Part shown: in pieces, positions 18,436 through 27,202 of the stretch
Layout of the letters: every line of letters starts with the position of its first letter
How positions within the stretch are numbered: the stretch's first letter is position 1
Assembly (NCBI GenBank): GCA_030156825.1
Contig: JASGLU010000001.1
Span: 2,556 to 66,555, forward strand
Direction: 5' to 3'
DNA: 64,000 bases
DNA from: Candidatus Atribacteria bacterium
GTDB lineage: Bacteria > Atribacterota > Atribacteria > Atribacterales > JASGLU01
Program-made: the position numbers and the translations under genes
The notes under the pieces: model-generated
What the model was told of the DNA's origin: nothing
The model's database searches: none
What the model saw: the letters and a program-made list of their open reading frames with translations, nothing else

Positions 18436-18453
18436 ATAGGAATTTAGTCCTAT
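18436..18453. promoter_or_regulatory. Palindromic operator-like site ATAGGAA-N4-GTCCTAT upstream of the orphan receiver gene
   Basis: Same 7-4-7 architecture and left half-site as 12391-12408. Lies ~55 nt before the 18509 start. Confidence 0.3.
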
Positions 18454-18508
18454 AGAAAACAGGTTAATTTTTTGGTATATTGATATTCAAGGTTGGAAGC
18501 TGTAGTTC

Positions 18509-18916
18509 TTGGAGGATGATGAGTTGACAACGCAGGTTAAAATCAGGCAGAAAAAAGTCTTTGTGGTGGATGATAACCGTTTTTTTCTGGAAAGCCTGGT
18601 GTTTCTTCTCAACCGGCAAGAAGATATAAAAGTAGTGGGCACCCACCACCGGGCGCGGGGGGTGTTACAAAAAATTAAAGCTGTCCAGCCCGACGTTGTT
18701 ATTCTGGATGTGCAACTTCCTGATGGTGACGGGATTAGTATCCTGCGAGAAATCAAGTCTCAGCTGCATATTCCAGTAATCATGCTTACCATTTATGAGG
18801 AAAACAGAGAACAAGCTATAAAAAACGGGGCCCATGCTTATTTGGTTAAAGGTGGAGAATTAGATACCCTTTATCAAGAGATTCGCCAGGCAGCAGGGGA
18901 AGCAAATAAACCTTAA
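18509..18916 (+). CDS. Stand-alone response-regulator receiver domain (CheY-like)
   Basis: VFVVDDN, VILDVQLPDGDG and AHAYLVKG motifs; no output domain. Start codon uncertain (TTG 18509 or TTG 18524). Confidence 0.8.
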   Translation: MEDDELTTQVKIRQKKVFVVDDNRFFLESLVFLLNRQEDIKVVGTHHRARGVLQKIKAVQPDVVILDVQLPDGDGISILREIKSQLHIPVIMLTIYEENREQAIKNGAHAYLVKGGELDTLYQEIRQAAGEANKP

Positions 18917-18932
18917 AAACTGTTTAAATTGC

Positions 18933-20174
18933 TCAGCTGCCTGGGATTTTTTTAAAAGTCTCTGGGGTCAGAGTTACCCCTTCAATCCCTTTCATTTCGG
19001 GAAACACTTCCAGTGCGCGGGGGAAAACTCCTTGCAGGTAAGCGATGATTACTCCGTAGTTAGTTATTGGAACCCCGGCTTTTTGCGCCTGATGCAGGCG
19101 GTAGCTCATCTCCTTCTGGTTAATCATGCATCCTCCGCATTGGACGATGAGCTGGTAATCCTCTAAGTTTTCCGGGAAGTTTACGCCGGCTACTACTTCA
19201 AACTGCAGGTCTCCTCCCACTCTTTGCCTCAGCCAACGGGGAATTTTTACCCGACCGATGTCGTCGGGCAAAGGGTGATGGGAACAAGCTTCGGCTATCA
19301 AAACCTTATCCCCCGGGTTTAACCTCTCTACGGTTTGTACCCCTTTTACGAAAGAGAAGAGATCTCCTTTGTAGCGGGCAAAGAGAATAGAAAAGCTGGT
19401 GAGGGGAATGGTAGGAGGAACAGCTCCAGCTACTTTGTGAAATACTTGGGAATCGGTGACCACCAGGCGAGGAGGTGTCTTCAACCGCTCCAGGGTTTCG
19501 GTCAGCTCTCTTTCTTTAGCCACCACCGCCACGGCTTCAGCATCTAAAATTTCTCGAATGGTTTGCACCTGGGGGAGTATCAGGCGACCCTTGGGAGCAC
19601 TAAGGTCAATCGGCACCACTAAAAGTACTACCTCTCCCGGGTTGATTAAATCTTTGATCAAAGGTTTTTCCTGATGATATTTTTGTAAAACTTCGACTAT
19701 GGCTTGCTTGAGCTGTAAAATTCCCTCACCGGTAATAGTGCTGGTAGGAAAGATAGGAATGTCAAGTGAGGAGGAGATTTCTTTCCCATCCTGGTCTATT
19801 TTGTTTTTCACCCCTAAGGTGATAACCTGGTTTTCTCGCAAGAGCTGTAAAAGCTCTCGCTCTAAAGATAGGTCGCTATTAACATCCCAGACTAAAAGGG
19901 CTACGTCACAACGACGTAATATCTCCAAAGACTTTTTCTTGCGCATTTCTCCCAGGAAGCCTTCGTCATCCAGTCCGGCAGTATCGATGATCACAACCGG
20001 TCCAAAAGGGAGTAATTCCAGAGATTTATATACCGGGTCAGTGGTGGTCCCCGACACATTAGAAACTATAGCTACTTCTTGATTGGTAAGAGCGTTGATG
20101 AGGGAAGATTTCCCTACATTTCTTCGCCCAAAAATTCCAATATGCGGTCTTAGGCCGCGGGGAGTAGAATTCAT
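18933..20174 (-). CDS. hydF: [FeFe]-hydrogenase H-cluster maturation GTPase HydF
   Basis: N-terminal GTPase motifs GRRNVGKSSLINAL, DTAG, NKID. C-terminal cluster-binding region EACSHH...QCGGC. Confidence 0.8.
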   Translation of the reverse strand: MNSTPRGLRPHIGIFGRRNVGKSSLINALTNQEVAIVSNVSGTTTDPVYKSLELLPFGPVVIIDTAGLDDEGFLGEMRKKKSLEILRRCDVALLVWDVNSDLSLERELLQLLRENQVITLGVKNKIDQDGKEISSSLDIPIFPTSTITGEGILQLKQAIVEVLQKYHQEKPLIKDLINPGEVVLLVVPIDLSAPKGRLILPQVQTIREILDAEAVAVVAKERELTETLERLKTPPRLVVTDSQVFHKVAGAVPPTIPLTSFSILFARYKGDLFSFVKGVQTVERLNPGDKVLIAEACSHHPLPDDIGRVKIPRWLRQRVGGDLQFEVVAGVNFPENLEDYQLIVQCGGCMINQKEMSYRLHQAQKAGVPITNYGVIIAYLQGVFPRALEVFPEMKGIEGVTLTPETFKKIPGS

Positions 20175-20200
20175 TATTTTTTCTCCTTTATTTTAATCTA

Positions 20201-20418
20201 TCTATCTTGTAAACGGCAATAATGGGGGCTTCGCCCCCCTTAAACCCCCCCTAAAACAATAAAAACATTTAAAAAAGCAAAAAACTTAAAAAATAAAAGG
20301 CAAAGACTTAAAAAACGAAAAGCTGAAAGGATAGACCACTATTGTTTCTCTAAGATTATATTGAATTCTGTTTTCATTGTTATCTGGTGCCCCGAAGGGG
20401 CATGGCCGTCTATCCTGG
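20201..20418. repeat. ~190-bp repeat, copy A (inverted relative to copy B at 23173-23359)
   Basis: The reverse complement aligns by eye with 23173-23359, with about 8 substitutions and one ~27-nt indel. Contains hairpins GGGGGCTTCGCCCCC and GGTGCCCCGAAGGGGCA. Lies directly 5' of hydF on the minus strand. Confidence 0.85.
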
Positions 20419-20854
20419 TATTCTTAGTTTAGATAACTCTTGAGAGTATAAAATTATTTCCAATTCTTCCTGCCTAAAGAGCTTTTTCCAGGAGTTCTTC
20501 ACATCTTTTGGGGGTTAGTCTCCATTCTTCGGATATATTTTTCTGCAAAAACAGCATACCCTGCATCGGCTCTTTAACCATGCTTTATTTACTCCTTTCC
20601 ATATCAAGGAGAACCAAACAAGCCTCTTTTTATTTTGAATTAACGGTAAAAATTACCAAGGAGGTTATTTTACAATTGGAGCATGTTTTCCTTGAGGGAC
20701 ACACCACCAATTTCTGCAACTACTAAATCTTACTCAATACCGCAATGAATGTATTTACACAGGCGATATCGCCTGAAATAAGTTTAAAGCCTTCGCTGAT
20801 GTTTTATCGTCTTTAATCATAAGACAACTACGAGCATCAAAAATGTAGAAGCTA

Positions 20855-22444
20855 TCACTCTTTCCTGATCGCCACGGAATAATTCTTGAACCTCTCAATT
20901 GCAAAATAAGGGTTATCAAAAAACTCCTTTTCTGAGTTATGTAAAATGTAAACTTGTCCCGGGAAGTGGTCAGCTTGAACTCCAAACAGGTAACAGTCAA
21001 ACGATTCTACCCACCGAAATGGAGCTTCGGGGTCGGAATACACTACCGATTTACAAAAAAGGTTGGGATCTATTTTTTGGTAAAACAAAATAAAAATGTA
21101 GGGCATATTTATTTTACTGGTGACGTAGATAGGCTCATCGGGTGGCGCTTTTTCGGTAGCATATTGAATAGCTTCATCCAGCGATTCAAAGAAAGCCGGA
21201 CCTGCGCTCTCGGGGTAAACAAAAAAGTAGGTATAAGTAAACAGGCCGAAAAACAGGGCATATAAAATTATTAAATATCGGAAAAAAATTTCAGCGTTCT
21301 TCTTTATATAAGAGATACCAATGGCTATGAAGTATATTACTGGCAGGAAAATTACATTAATTCTGTTGATATTTATGCTGGTTACAAATGCCATGATGGT
21401 AGCGACAAAAAACCAGGCTAAAATAATAAATTGGCGATTGAATTTTTTCCCGCCTCTATTTTCTCTGATTAAATGGAAAATCCCAAAAAACAAAAAGGGA
21501 ACGCTAAATAAAAACATATAACCATATTCAGGGATACAATTCCAAATCAATCCATCATTTTGGGTAACAAACAGTAACCACAAGAAGTTCCCCAAGTTAT
21601 AGATAGAGTTAGTAATGAACTGACTACTGAAAATAGAAGAGACAGCAGAAAATCTTGGAGCAGCAGGAAGTCTGGGTATAGAAAACCAAGGAGTTGAAAT
21701 GGAGTTTAGCTTGAAAATATTGATCGCCAAAAATAATAATATAGGTAGAGCAGCGATTAAAAATATTCCACCGCTTAAAAGAAAATTAGTCGTCCTGATT
21801 TTTTTGTGGAATAATAAGTATGAAGAGACCACGAGCAAAAAGATTGGTACAAAAAAATATGCTGTTCCATAGGAATAAAGAGATACAGCAAACACCAGAA
21901 AAGATAAAGGTAAAAAAGAAGGTTTCTCCAGAGAAAGCACCAAAAGGTAGCTGCCCATTAAAACAAAGAAAGGGAAAATGTTCGATTCCAGACCCCAACG
22001 CGACATCATTATATGCCACGGGCTTATGGTCAAAAGAAACAGAGCTATTATCCCTGTATCTTCATCCCTAATTTTCTTAACCAAGAGGTAAAAGATAACT
22101 AAAGATAAGCATCCTAACAAGGCATTTAAAATTCTCACCGAGAAGGGGTTTAAATCAAACAAGAGAATGAAAGGCATGGATAGGTAAGCGTAAAGTGCGT
22201 TTTGGCCACTTCCCCAGGAAATAAGATGAACAGGGTTATGGAAACCGTTTCGATCGATACCATAATGGAGAAGAGCCCAGGCATCATAACCAATGGAAGC
22301 TTCGTCTTGATTTAAGCCTGGAGGAATAATCCCCAATAGAAATAAACGAACAAATATCCCTCCGACAAATAGCAAAATAATCAGCCATTTTCTCTTATCC
22401 GTGAAAGATCGAAATCCGGATTCAGAGCGAAAAAGGGTAGTCAT
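20855..22444 (-). CDS. Glycosyltransferase family 39 (ArnT/PMT-like) integral membrane protein
   Basis: ~12 TM segments with the first periplasmic loop motif GLNQDEASIGYDAWALL. The C-terminal soluble domain is typical of PMT_2/ArnT-like enzymes. Confidence 0.7.
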   Translation of the reverse strand: MTTLFRSESGFRSFTDKRKWLIILLFVGGIFVRLFLLGIIPPGLNQDEASIGYDAWALLHYGIDRNGFHNPVHLISWGSGQNALYAYLSMPFILLFDLNPFSVRILNALLGCLSLVIFYLLVKKIRDEDTGIIALFLLTISPWHIMMSRWGLESNIFPFFVLMGSYLLVLSLEKPSFLPLSFLVFAVSLYSYGTAYFFVPIFLLVVSSYLLFHKKIRTTNFLLSGGIFLIAALPILLFLAINIFKLNSISTPWFSIPRLPAAPRFSAVSSIFSSQFITNSIYNLGNFLWLLFVTQNDGLIWNCIPEYGYMFLFSVPFLFFGIFHLIRENRGGKKFNRQFIILAWFFVATIMAFVTSININRINVIFLPVIYFIAIGISYIKKNAEIFFRYLIILYALFFGLFTYTYFFVYPESAGPAFFESLDEAIQYATEKAPPDEPIYVTSKINMPYIFILFYQKIDPNLFCKSVVYSDPEAPFRWVESFDCYLFGVQADHFPGQVYILHNSEKEFFDNPYFAIERFKNYSVAIRKE

Positions 22445-22507
22445 TTTTTCCTGTTTCTCTTTTCTGGTTTGGCTACCGGCTTAAAGTAGCTGTGGTTCCT
22501 TTTTGAC

Positions 22508-23059
22508 TTATTCGATGAGAATGAGAGCATAGTAATTAGGCTGGCAGCTTCTTGAGCGAACCACCTCAATTGGAAAACTATACTGTCTTACAGTTGAATA
22601 CACATCAATTCCACAGGCCTCCATGGAAGGACGAGCATACTCGGGGTGTGAGCAAGGATATTCTAAAGGACAGGGATTACACAGCTCACACGGCCCGGAA
22701 GGAATAGCCAACGCTTTATAATATCCAGAAAGAAAGAGAGTTCTCTCTAAATCAGTGGCAATCTTTCGCAGGTTACCATAATTTCCTGGTTTCCAGAGGA
22801 TAGCCGCCCGTCCATATTCTTCGAGCATTTTTTTGGTGCGGGAGGGTTCCGGGGAATATGGCGGACAGGTAAGGCTCTGTGCGTATCCGTCACAACCAAA
22901 CTGGCATTTAAACCGCACCCATTCGGCCACCACTACTGCTTGAGGATTAATAAACTGATAACTTTTGACTTTCCCGGTGAGCGTAGCTTCAAATATTTCA
23001 GTAAGGGTTTTCTCCTTCATGGCTTCCTCCCTCGATAGATTTACCTCATTGTACCTCAA
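22508..23059 (-). CDS. Cys-rich predicted metal-binding protein (DUF2284-like)
   Basis: Motifs CQFGCDGY...LTCPPYSPEP and CELCNPC...C. Assignment from motif memory only. Confidence 0.5.
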   Translation of the reverse strand: MRYNEVNLSREEAMKEKTLTEIFEATLTGKVKSYQFINPQAVVVAEWVRFKCQFGCDGYAQSLTCPPYSPEPSRTKKMLEEYGRAAILWKPGNYGNLRKIATDLERTLFLSGYYKALAIPSGPCELCNPCPLEYPCSHPEYARPSMEACGIDVYSTVRQYSFPIEVVRSRSCQPNYYALILIE

Positions 23060-23172
23060 AATTTAAAAGTTAGCCCAAGTTGCACCATAAGCTCCAGAAA
23101 TCAGCCTATATCAGGTCTTTTCTTTTGGGGATTCTCTTTTTCGGGTAACATAGACTAAAAGACTGATAGATA

Positions 23173-23403
23173 AGGATAGACCCCCATGCTGCTTCGGGGC
23201 ACCAGATAACAATGAAAACAGAATTCAATATAATCTTAGAGAAATAATAGTGGTCTATCCTTTCAGGTTTTCGTTTTTTAAGTCTTTGCCTTTTATTTTT
23301 TAAGTTTTTAGGGGGTTTAAGGGGGGCGAAGCCCCCATTATTGCCGTTTACAGGATAGACCCCCATGCCTCTTCGGGGCACCAGATGACAATGAAAACAG
23401 AAC
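23173..23403. repeat. ~190-bp repeat, copy B plus a partial tandem second unit
   Basis: 23173-23359 is the inverted partner of 20201-20418. 23353-23403 repeats the first ~50 nt (GGATAGACCCCCATGC..GGGGCACCAGAT.ACAATGAAAACAGAA). Confidence 0.85.
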
Positions 23404-23430
23404 CCCCTCCCTCGGAGGGGAAAGCCTTCT

Positions 23431-23636
23431 CATCCGTCATTCCCGAAATCCTTAATCGGGAATCCACTGAGGGAGGCTTTTTCTCCCTCAGTAATCTTTT
23501 GCATTTTCTGTTTTTCTTTTAGTCTTTTACTCTTACGCCGTAGGCTATTTTTCTTTCCTCAGTATGGTCTTTTTACGTTTTTTGATTTTTAAATGTTTTT
23601 AGTTTTTCGGGGGGTTATAGGGGGCGCTCCCCCTAT
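23431..23636. repeat. Hairpin-repeat cluster
   Basis: CATCCGTCATTCCCGAAATCCTTAATCGGGAATCC (23431-23465), ACTGAGGGAGGCTTTTTCTCCCTCAGT (23466-23492), ACGCCGTAGGC (23535-23545), ATAGGGGGCGCTCCCCCTAT (23617-23636). Same modules as 15846-16125. Confidence 0.75.
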
Positions 23637-24276
23637 TGTTTTGTACCAAATTATATCCTCGATAAGGCGCTTGCATCTCAAGGAAGGGAGTGCTTGCCTC
23701 TCCTTTTTCATACTTAAAATAAAGAACTTCGCCGGCTAAGTTGAACTGGATTAAAACCGTTTCTTCATCCTCCTCAATTTTGGTGGCTTTTCCACGCCAG
23801 AGCATGCCTGATATGGGGATAAGAATGGAAAAAATTTCTTCTTCCAGCTTTTCTGGGTCTAAAAAGTTTAAAAGAAAAGGCACTCCTTCGGCATCGAAAG
23901 TAATTTCTTTTAGGGGTACAGTGATTTGTTTTTCTCCTTGCGGGCTCTCGAGCGTAATCAAAGCATAGTCCGGGTAGTAATTTGTTTCCAGATACAGGGT
24001 GCCATTGGGCAGATTAATCCAGCTTTTGGAAGTAATGGGAGTAAAATCTGTTTGATTGATTATCAGCTGGGCACTTTTTTCGGGTTCGCTTTCTTCCCCT
24101 ACTTGAATAAAAGAGGTAATAGTCAGGTGGGAACTGTTTTCCTCCTGAAACAGGTGATATTCTATTTTCCCTACTATTTGCTCACCGGCCACTACTTGAT
24201 AGGTAAAGATTTCTTCTCCTTCGGCCAGCGGAGAAAGGAAAAACAGTATTAATCCGCTAATAGCAATAATTGTCAA
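23599..24276 (-). CDS. Hypothetical secreted protein
   Basis: N-terminal signal-like segment IIAISGLILFFLSPLAEG and 4-nt overlap with the upstream gene. The last ~12 codons are encoded by repeat sequence. Confidence 0.5.
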   Translation of the reverse strand: MTIIAISGLILFFLSPLAEGEEIFTYQVVAGEQIVGKIEYHLFQEENSSHLTITSFIQVGEESEPEKSAQLIINQTDFTPITSKSWINLPNGTLYLETNYYPDYALITLESPQGEKQITVPLKEITFDAEGVPFLLNFLDPEKLEEEIFSILIPISGMLWRGKATKIEEDEETVLIQFNLAGEVLYFKYEKGEASTPFLEMQAPYRGYNLVQNNRGSAPYNPPKN

Positions 24277-25025
24277 GAAGAGCTTTGGTTGTTTGATAAT
24301 AATTGATCACTCCTTTTTTCTCTTTGATATAAAAACCAGAGGATGGCCAATCCTATAATAAGAGTTAAGGGAAGAAGACTAATCAAGTATACTGCACTTA
24401 AAAAGGCAAGACTTGGCACAAACTGAGGGAGAAGTCGGGCTAAGTTTTCGAGTTCCTTTATCCCTAAAGCCAAAAGGAAAAAAATAAATGGGTTTCTTTT
24501 TTGAACTTGGGTCATTCGCAAAAAGGCAATCCCCAGAATGCCGAAAGCGATGGTTTCTATCTGAGCCTGGAGTAGTTTTTGAATTAAAAACGAAGTGGTG
24601 GGAAAATTGGCAAATTGACTGTAACCGTAAAAAGAGGATAGGGGGTGATAGTAGACCAAAAGTATATCCCGTAGCATTTTGCCCAGACCAAACCCCAGCC
24701 CTAAAAGAGGAAAGAGAAAAAAATTGGTGGGGGTAAAATGTTCGAGAGGTAGTCTTTGAGATAGCAACCAGCTTAGAAGAAAAGCCAGAAAAAGCTCGAG
24801 TAAAAGAATTAAGGTAGTGGATAAGAAGGCAGGGCCCAGGCCGGCAAAATAATCTAAAGTTATTTTTTCTATCCAGGGATAAGGAATAACCAGAGGAAGA
24901 ACAAAGGAGATAGAGTAGAAAATTACTATGTTTTTAGTAGAGATCGGGTTCTGACGAATAAAAATAAATTTAAAAGCTAAAGGTAAAAGTAGCAAGATTA
25001 AAATACTGAATAAAATGAAATTCAC
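24273..25025 (-). CDS. Hypothetical polytopic membrane protein
   Basis: ~7 hydrophobic segments, translationally coupled (4-nt overlaps) to nth and the downstream ORF. No recognised motif. Confidence 0.5.
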   Translation of the reverse strand: MNFILFSILILLLLPLAFKFIFIRQNPISTKNIVIFYSISFVLPLVIPYPWIEKITLDYFAGLGPAFLSTTLILLLELFLAFLLSWLLSQRLPLEHFTPTNFFLFPLLGLGFGLGKMLRDILLVYYHPLSSFYGYSQFANFPTTSFLIQKLLQAQIETIAFGILGIAFLRMTQVQKRNPFIFFLLALGIKELENLARLLPQFVPSLAFLSAVYLISLLPLTLIIGLAILWFLYQREKRSDQLLSNNQSSS

Positions 25026-25705
25026 TGAAGTTTTTCCACTCCTTTCTGCTCACAAAATGGTTGGATTTGACAGATAGAACAACGAGGAACACGGGGTAAA
25101 CATATGTTTTGCCCCCAGAGGACTAAAAGATTGTTGATAGGAATCCAATATTTTTGAGGGAGTTCCTTCCGAAGAGCTTCTTCTGTTTTTTCAGGGGTTT
25201 TGGTGTTCACTAAGCCCCATCGGTTGACAATTCGATGAACATGGGTATCCACACAAATACCCGCTTTACCAAAACCTACAGTGACAACCAGGTTAGCCGT
25301 CTTTCTTCCCACTCCCGGTAGCTCTAATAGTTGTTCCAGATTATCCGGGACTTTGCCCTGGTATCTTTCTAAGAGAATTTGGGCAATTTCTCTGAGATTT
25401 TTCGCTTTTTGACGGTAGAATCCAACTGGGTAAATAATTTCCGCCAGCTTCTCTTGCGGAATAGCCAAAATCTCAGCTGGAGTTTTGGCTATTGAGAAAA
25501 GATGGTTAGCAACTTTTTTGGTGATCGAATCCTTAGTACGTAAACTCAGAATACACCCTATTAAAATCCGAAAAGGGTCTTTTTCTCGAGAAGCGAGAGT
25601 TTCGTCTTGCCATTGGCTTTTCATTTCCTGTAAAATACGAAAGACTTGGGGTAAATCTTTTTTGTCCATGGCAATAATAATACTCTGAAGGGGGTAATCT
25701 ATCAA
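25022..25705 (-). CDS. nth: Endonuclease III (DNA glycosylase/AP lyase)
   Basis: HhH-GPD motif LPGVGRKTANLVV, catalytic D in VDTHVHR, C-terminal 4Fe-4S loop CLPRVPRCSICQIQPFC. The start may be the internal MDKKD (25669). Confidence 0.9.
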   Translation of the reverse strand: MIDYPLQSIIIAMDKKDLPQVFRILQEMKSQWQDETLASREKDPFRILIGCILSLRTKDSITKKVANHLFSIAKTPAEILAIPQEKLAEIIYPVGFYRQKAKNLREIAQILLERYQGKVPDNLEQLLELPGVGRKTANLVVTVGFGKAGICVDTHVHRIVNRWGLVNTKTPEKTEEALRKELPQKYWIPINNLLVLWGQNICLPRVPRCSICQIQPFCEQKGVEKLQ

Positions 25706-27163
25706 GTGAAGATATTAGTACTGGCAGCCTATATTGTTTTAATGTTGGGTGTTGGTTTTTATAGTATGAAAAAAACCAAAACAGTAGGCGATTTCTTCTT
25801 AGCTAATCGGAGTTTAGGTCCCTGGGTTTCGGCTTTTGCTTATGGAACTACTTATTTTAGCGCAGTACTTTTTATCGGTTATGCAGGAAGAATTGGCTGG
25901 GGGTTTGGTTTGTCCAGCCTTTGGATTGTAGTAGGTAATACCCTTTTGGGGTCTTTGCTGAGTTGGCTAATTTTGGCCCGCCGTACTCGTTTGCTTACCG
26001 AAGAGCTCCAGGCTATGACTATGCCCGAGTTTCTCTCTGCCCGATATGAAGCTCCGTTTTTAAAGTCCTTATCGGCCTTAATAATTTTTATTTTTTTGGT
26101 TCCTTATTCGGCTTCGGTATATATGGGTCTTAGCTATCTATTTGATGTGGTTATGGGTATCCCCTATGAATGGGCACTCTTGCTGATTGCTGCTTTAACC
26201 GGGATATATTTAGTTATGGGAGGATATTTTGCGGTTAGCATTTCTGATTTGATTCAGGGAAGTGTTATGGTGTTTGGGGTTATTTTTTTAATTTTTTACC
26301 TATTAGTTCAACCAGAGGTAGGAGGTTTTAGCCAGGCTATTACCCGCTTAAGAGAAGTTGATCCTGGCCTGGTTAAGGCGGTGGGGCCACCCGGTTTTTG
26401 GCCTCTTTTTGGTTTGGTGGTTTTGACCAGCCTTGGTCCCTGGGGACTTCCCCAAATGATTCAAAAATTTTACGCTCTAAAAAATGAACGGGTGATACTT
26501 ACCGCCACTATCGTGGCCACTCTTTTTGCTTTAATATGTACTTTTGGAGCTTATTTTACCGGTTCTCTTACCCATCTTTTTTTCGAAGAACCTCCTTTGG
26601 TAAATGGAGTATCAGACCCAGAATTGCTTGTGCCCAACCTTATTGTTCAAGTTATGCCTTCTGCTTTCACTTTGCTTTTTCTGCTTTTGATTTTTTCTGC
26701 TTCTATGTCCACCCTTTCTTCTCTGGTTTTAGTTTCTTCTTCGGCTATTGTGATTGATTTACTTCCTTCCCGCTACCAGAAACATTCTCTTTTACTCATG
26801 AGACTGTTTTGTGTAGTTTTTATCCTTTGTTCTTTGGTTATCGCTTTTTCCCGGAGTACTTTTATTGTGAATTTGATGTCTATTTCCTGGGGAGCTACTG
26901 CCGGGAGTTTTTTGGCCCCCTATTTGTATGGCTTATTCTGGAAAGGGGCCAATCGAGCAGGAGCTACCGTTAGTATGCTGGTTGGACTGGGTATGAGTGT
27001 GATTTTATCCTGGTATTATGGCTTTAATTCGGAAGTGGTGCCTTTAATTGGTTCTTTCTCTATGTTGGTTCCTCTTTTGGTGTTACCGATAGTTTCTGTC
27101 CTGCAAACTATGGCAGTACAGAAACTTAACGTAAGGAAACAGCCTGCGGCACTGAAAGATTAA
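25706..27163 (+). CDS. Sodium:solute symporter family (SSF) transporter
   Basis: 13 predicted TM segments. The N-terminal pattern GDFFLANRSLGPWVSAFAYGTTYFSA is typical of SSF (PanF/PutP-like). Confidence 0.8.
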   Translation: MKILVLAAYIVLMLGVGFYSMKKTKTVGDFFLANRSLGPWVSAFAYGTTYFSAVLFIGYAGRIGWGFGLSSLWIVVGNTLLGSLLSWLILARRTRLLTEELQAMTMPEFLSARYEAPFLKSLSALIIFIFLVPYSASVYMGLSYLFDVVMGIPYEWALLLIAALTGIYLVMGGYFAVSISDLIQGSVMVFGVIFLIFYLLVQPEVGGFSQAITRLREVDPGLVKAVGPPGFWPLFGLVVLTSLGPWGLPQMIQKFYALKNERVILTATIVATLFALICTFGAYFTGSLTHLFFEEPPLVNGVSDPELLVPNLIVQVMPSAFTLLFLLLIFSASMSTLSSLVLVSSSAIVIDLLPSRYQKHSLLLMRLFCVVFILCSLVIAFSRSTFIVNLMSISWGATAGSFLAPYLYGLFWKGANRAGATVSMLVGLGMSVILSWYYGFNSEVVPLIGSFSMLVPLLVLPIVSVLQTMAVQKLNVRKQPAALKD

Positions 27164-27202
27164 AAACGAAGAAAAAAGAAAAAGAGTTGGAGGTAGAAAA
27201 AA

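Noticed and set aside
23106-23381. 91-aa ORF (and the similar 31743..31991 ORF) lying entirely in repeat sequence
   Set aside because: The 23106..23381 ORF is encoded by the ~190-bp repeat and the 31743..31991 ORF by hairpin units. The peptides (e.g. ...WCPEAAWGS..., ...GFAPLKPPKN...) are translations of palindromes, with no RBS. This is a classic spurious call.
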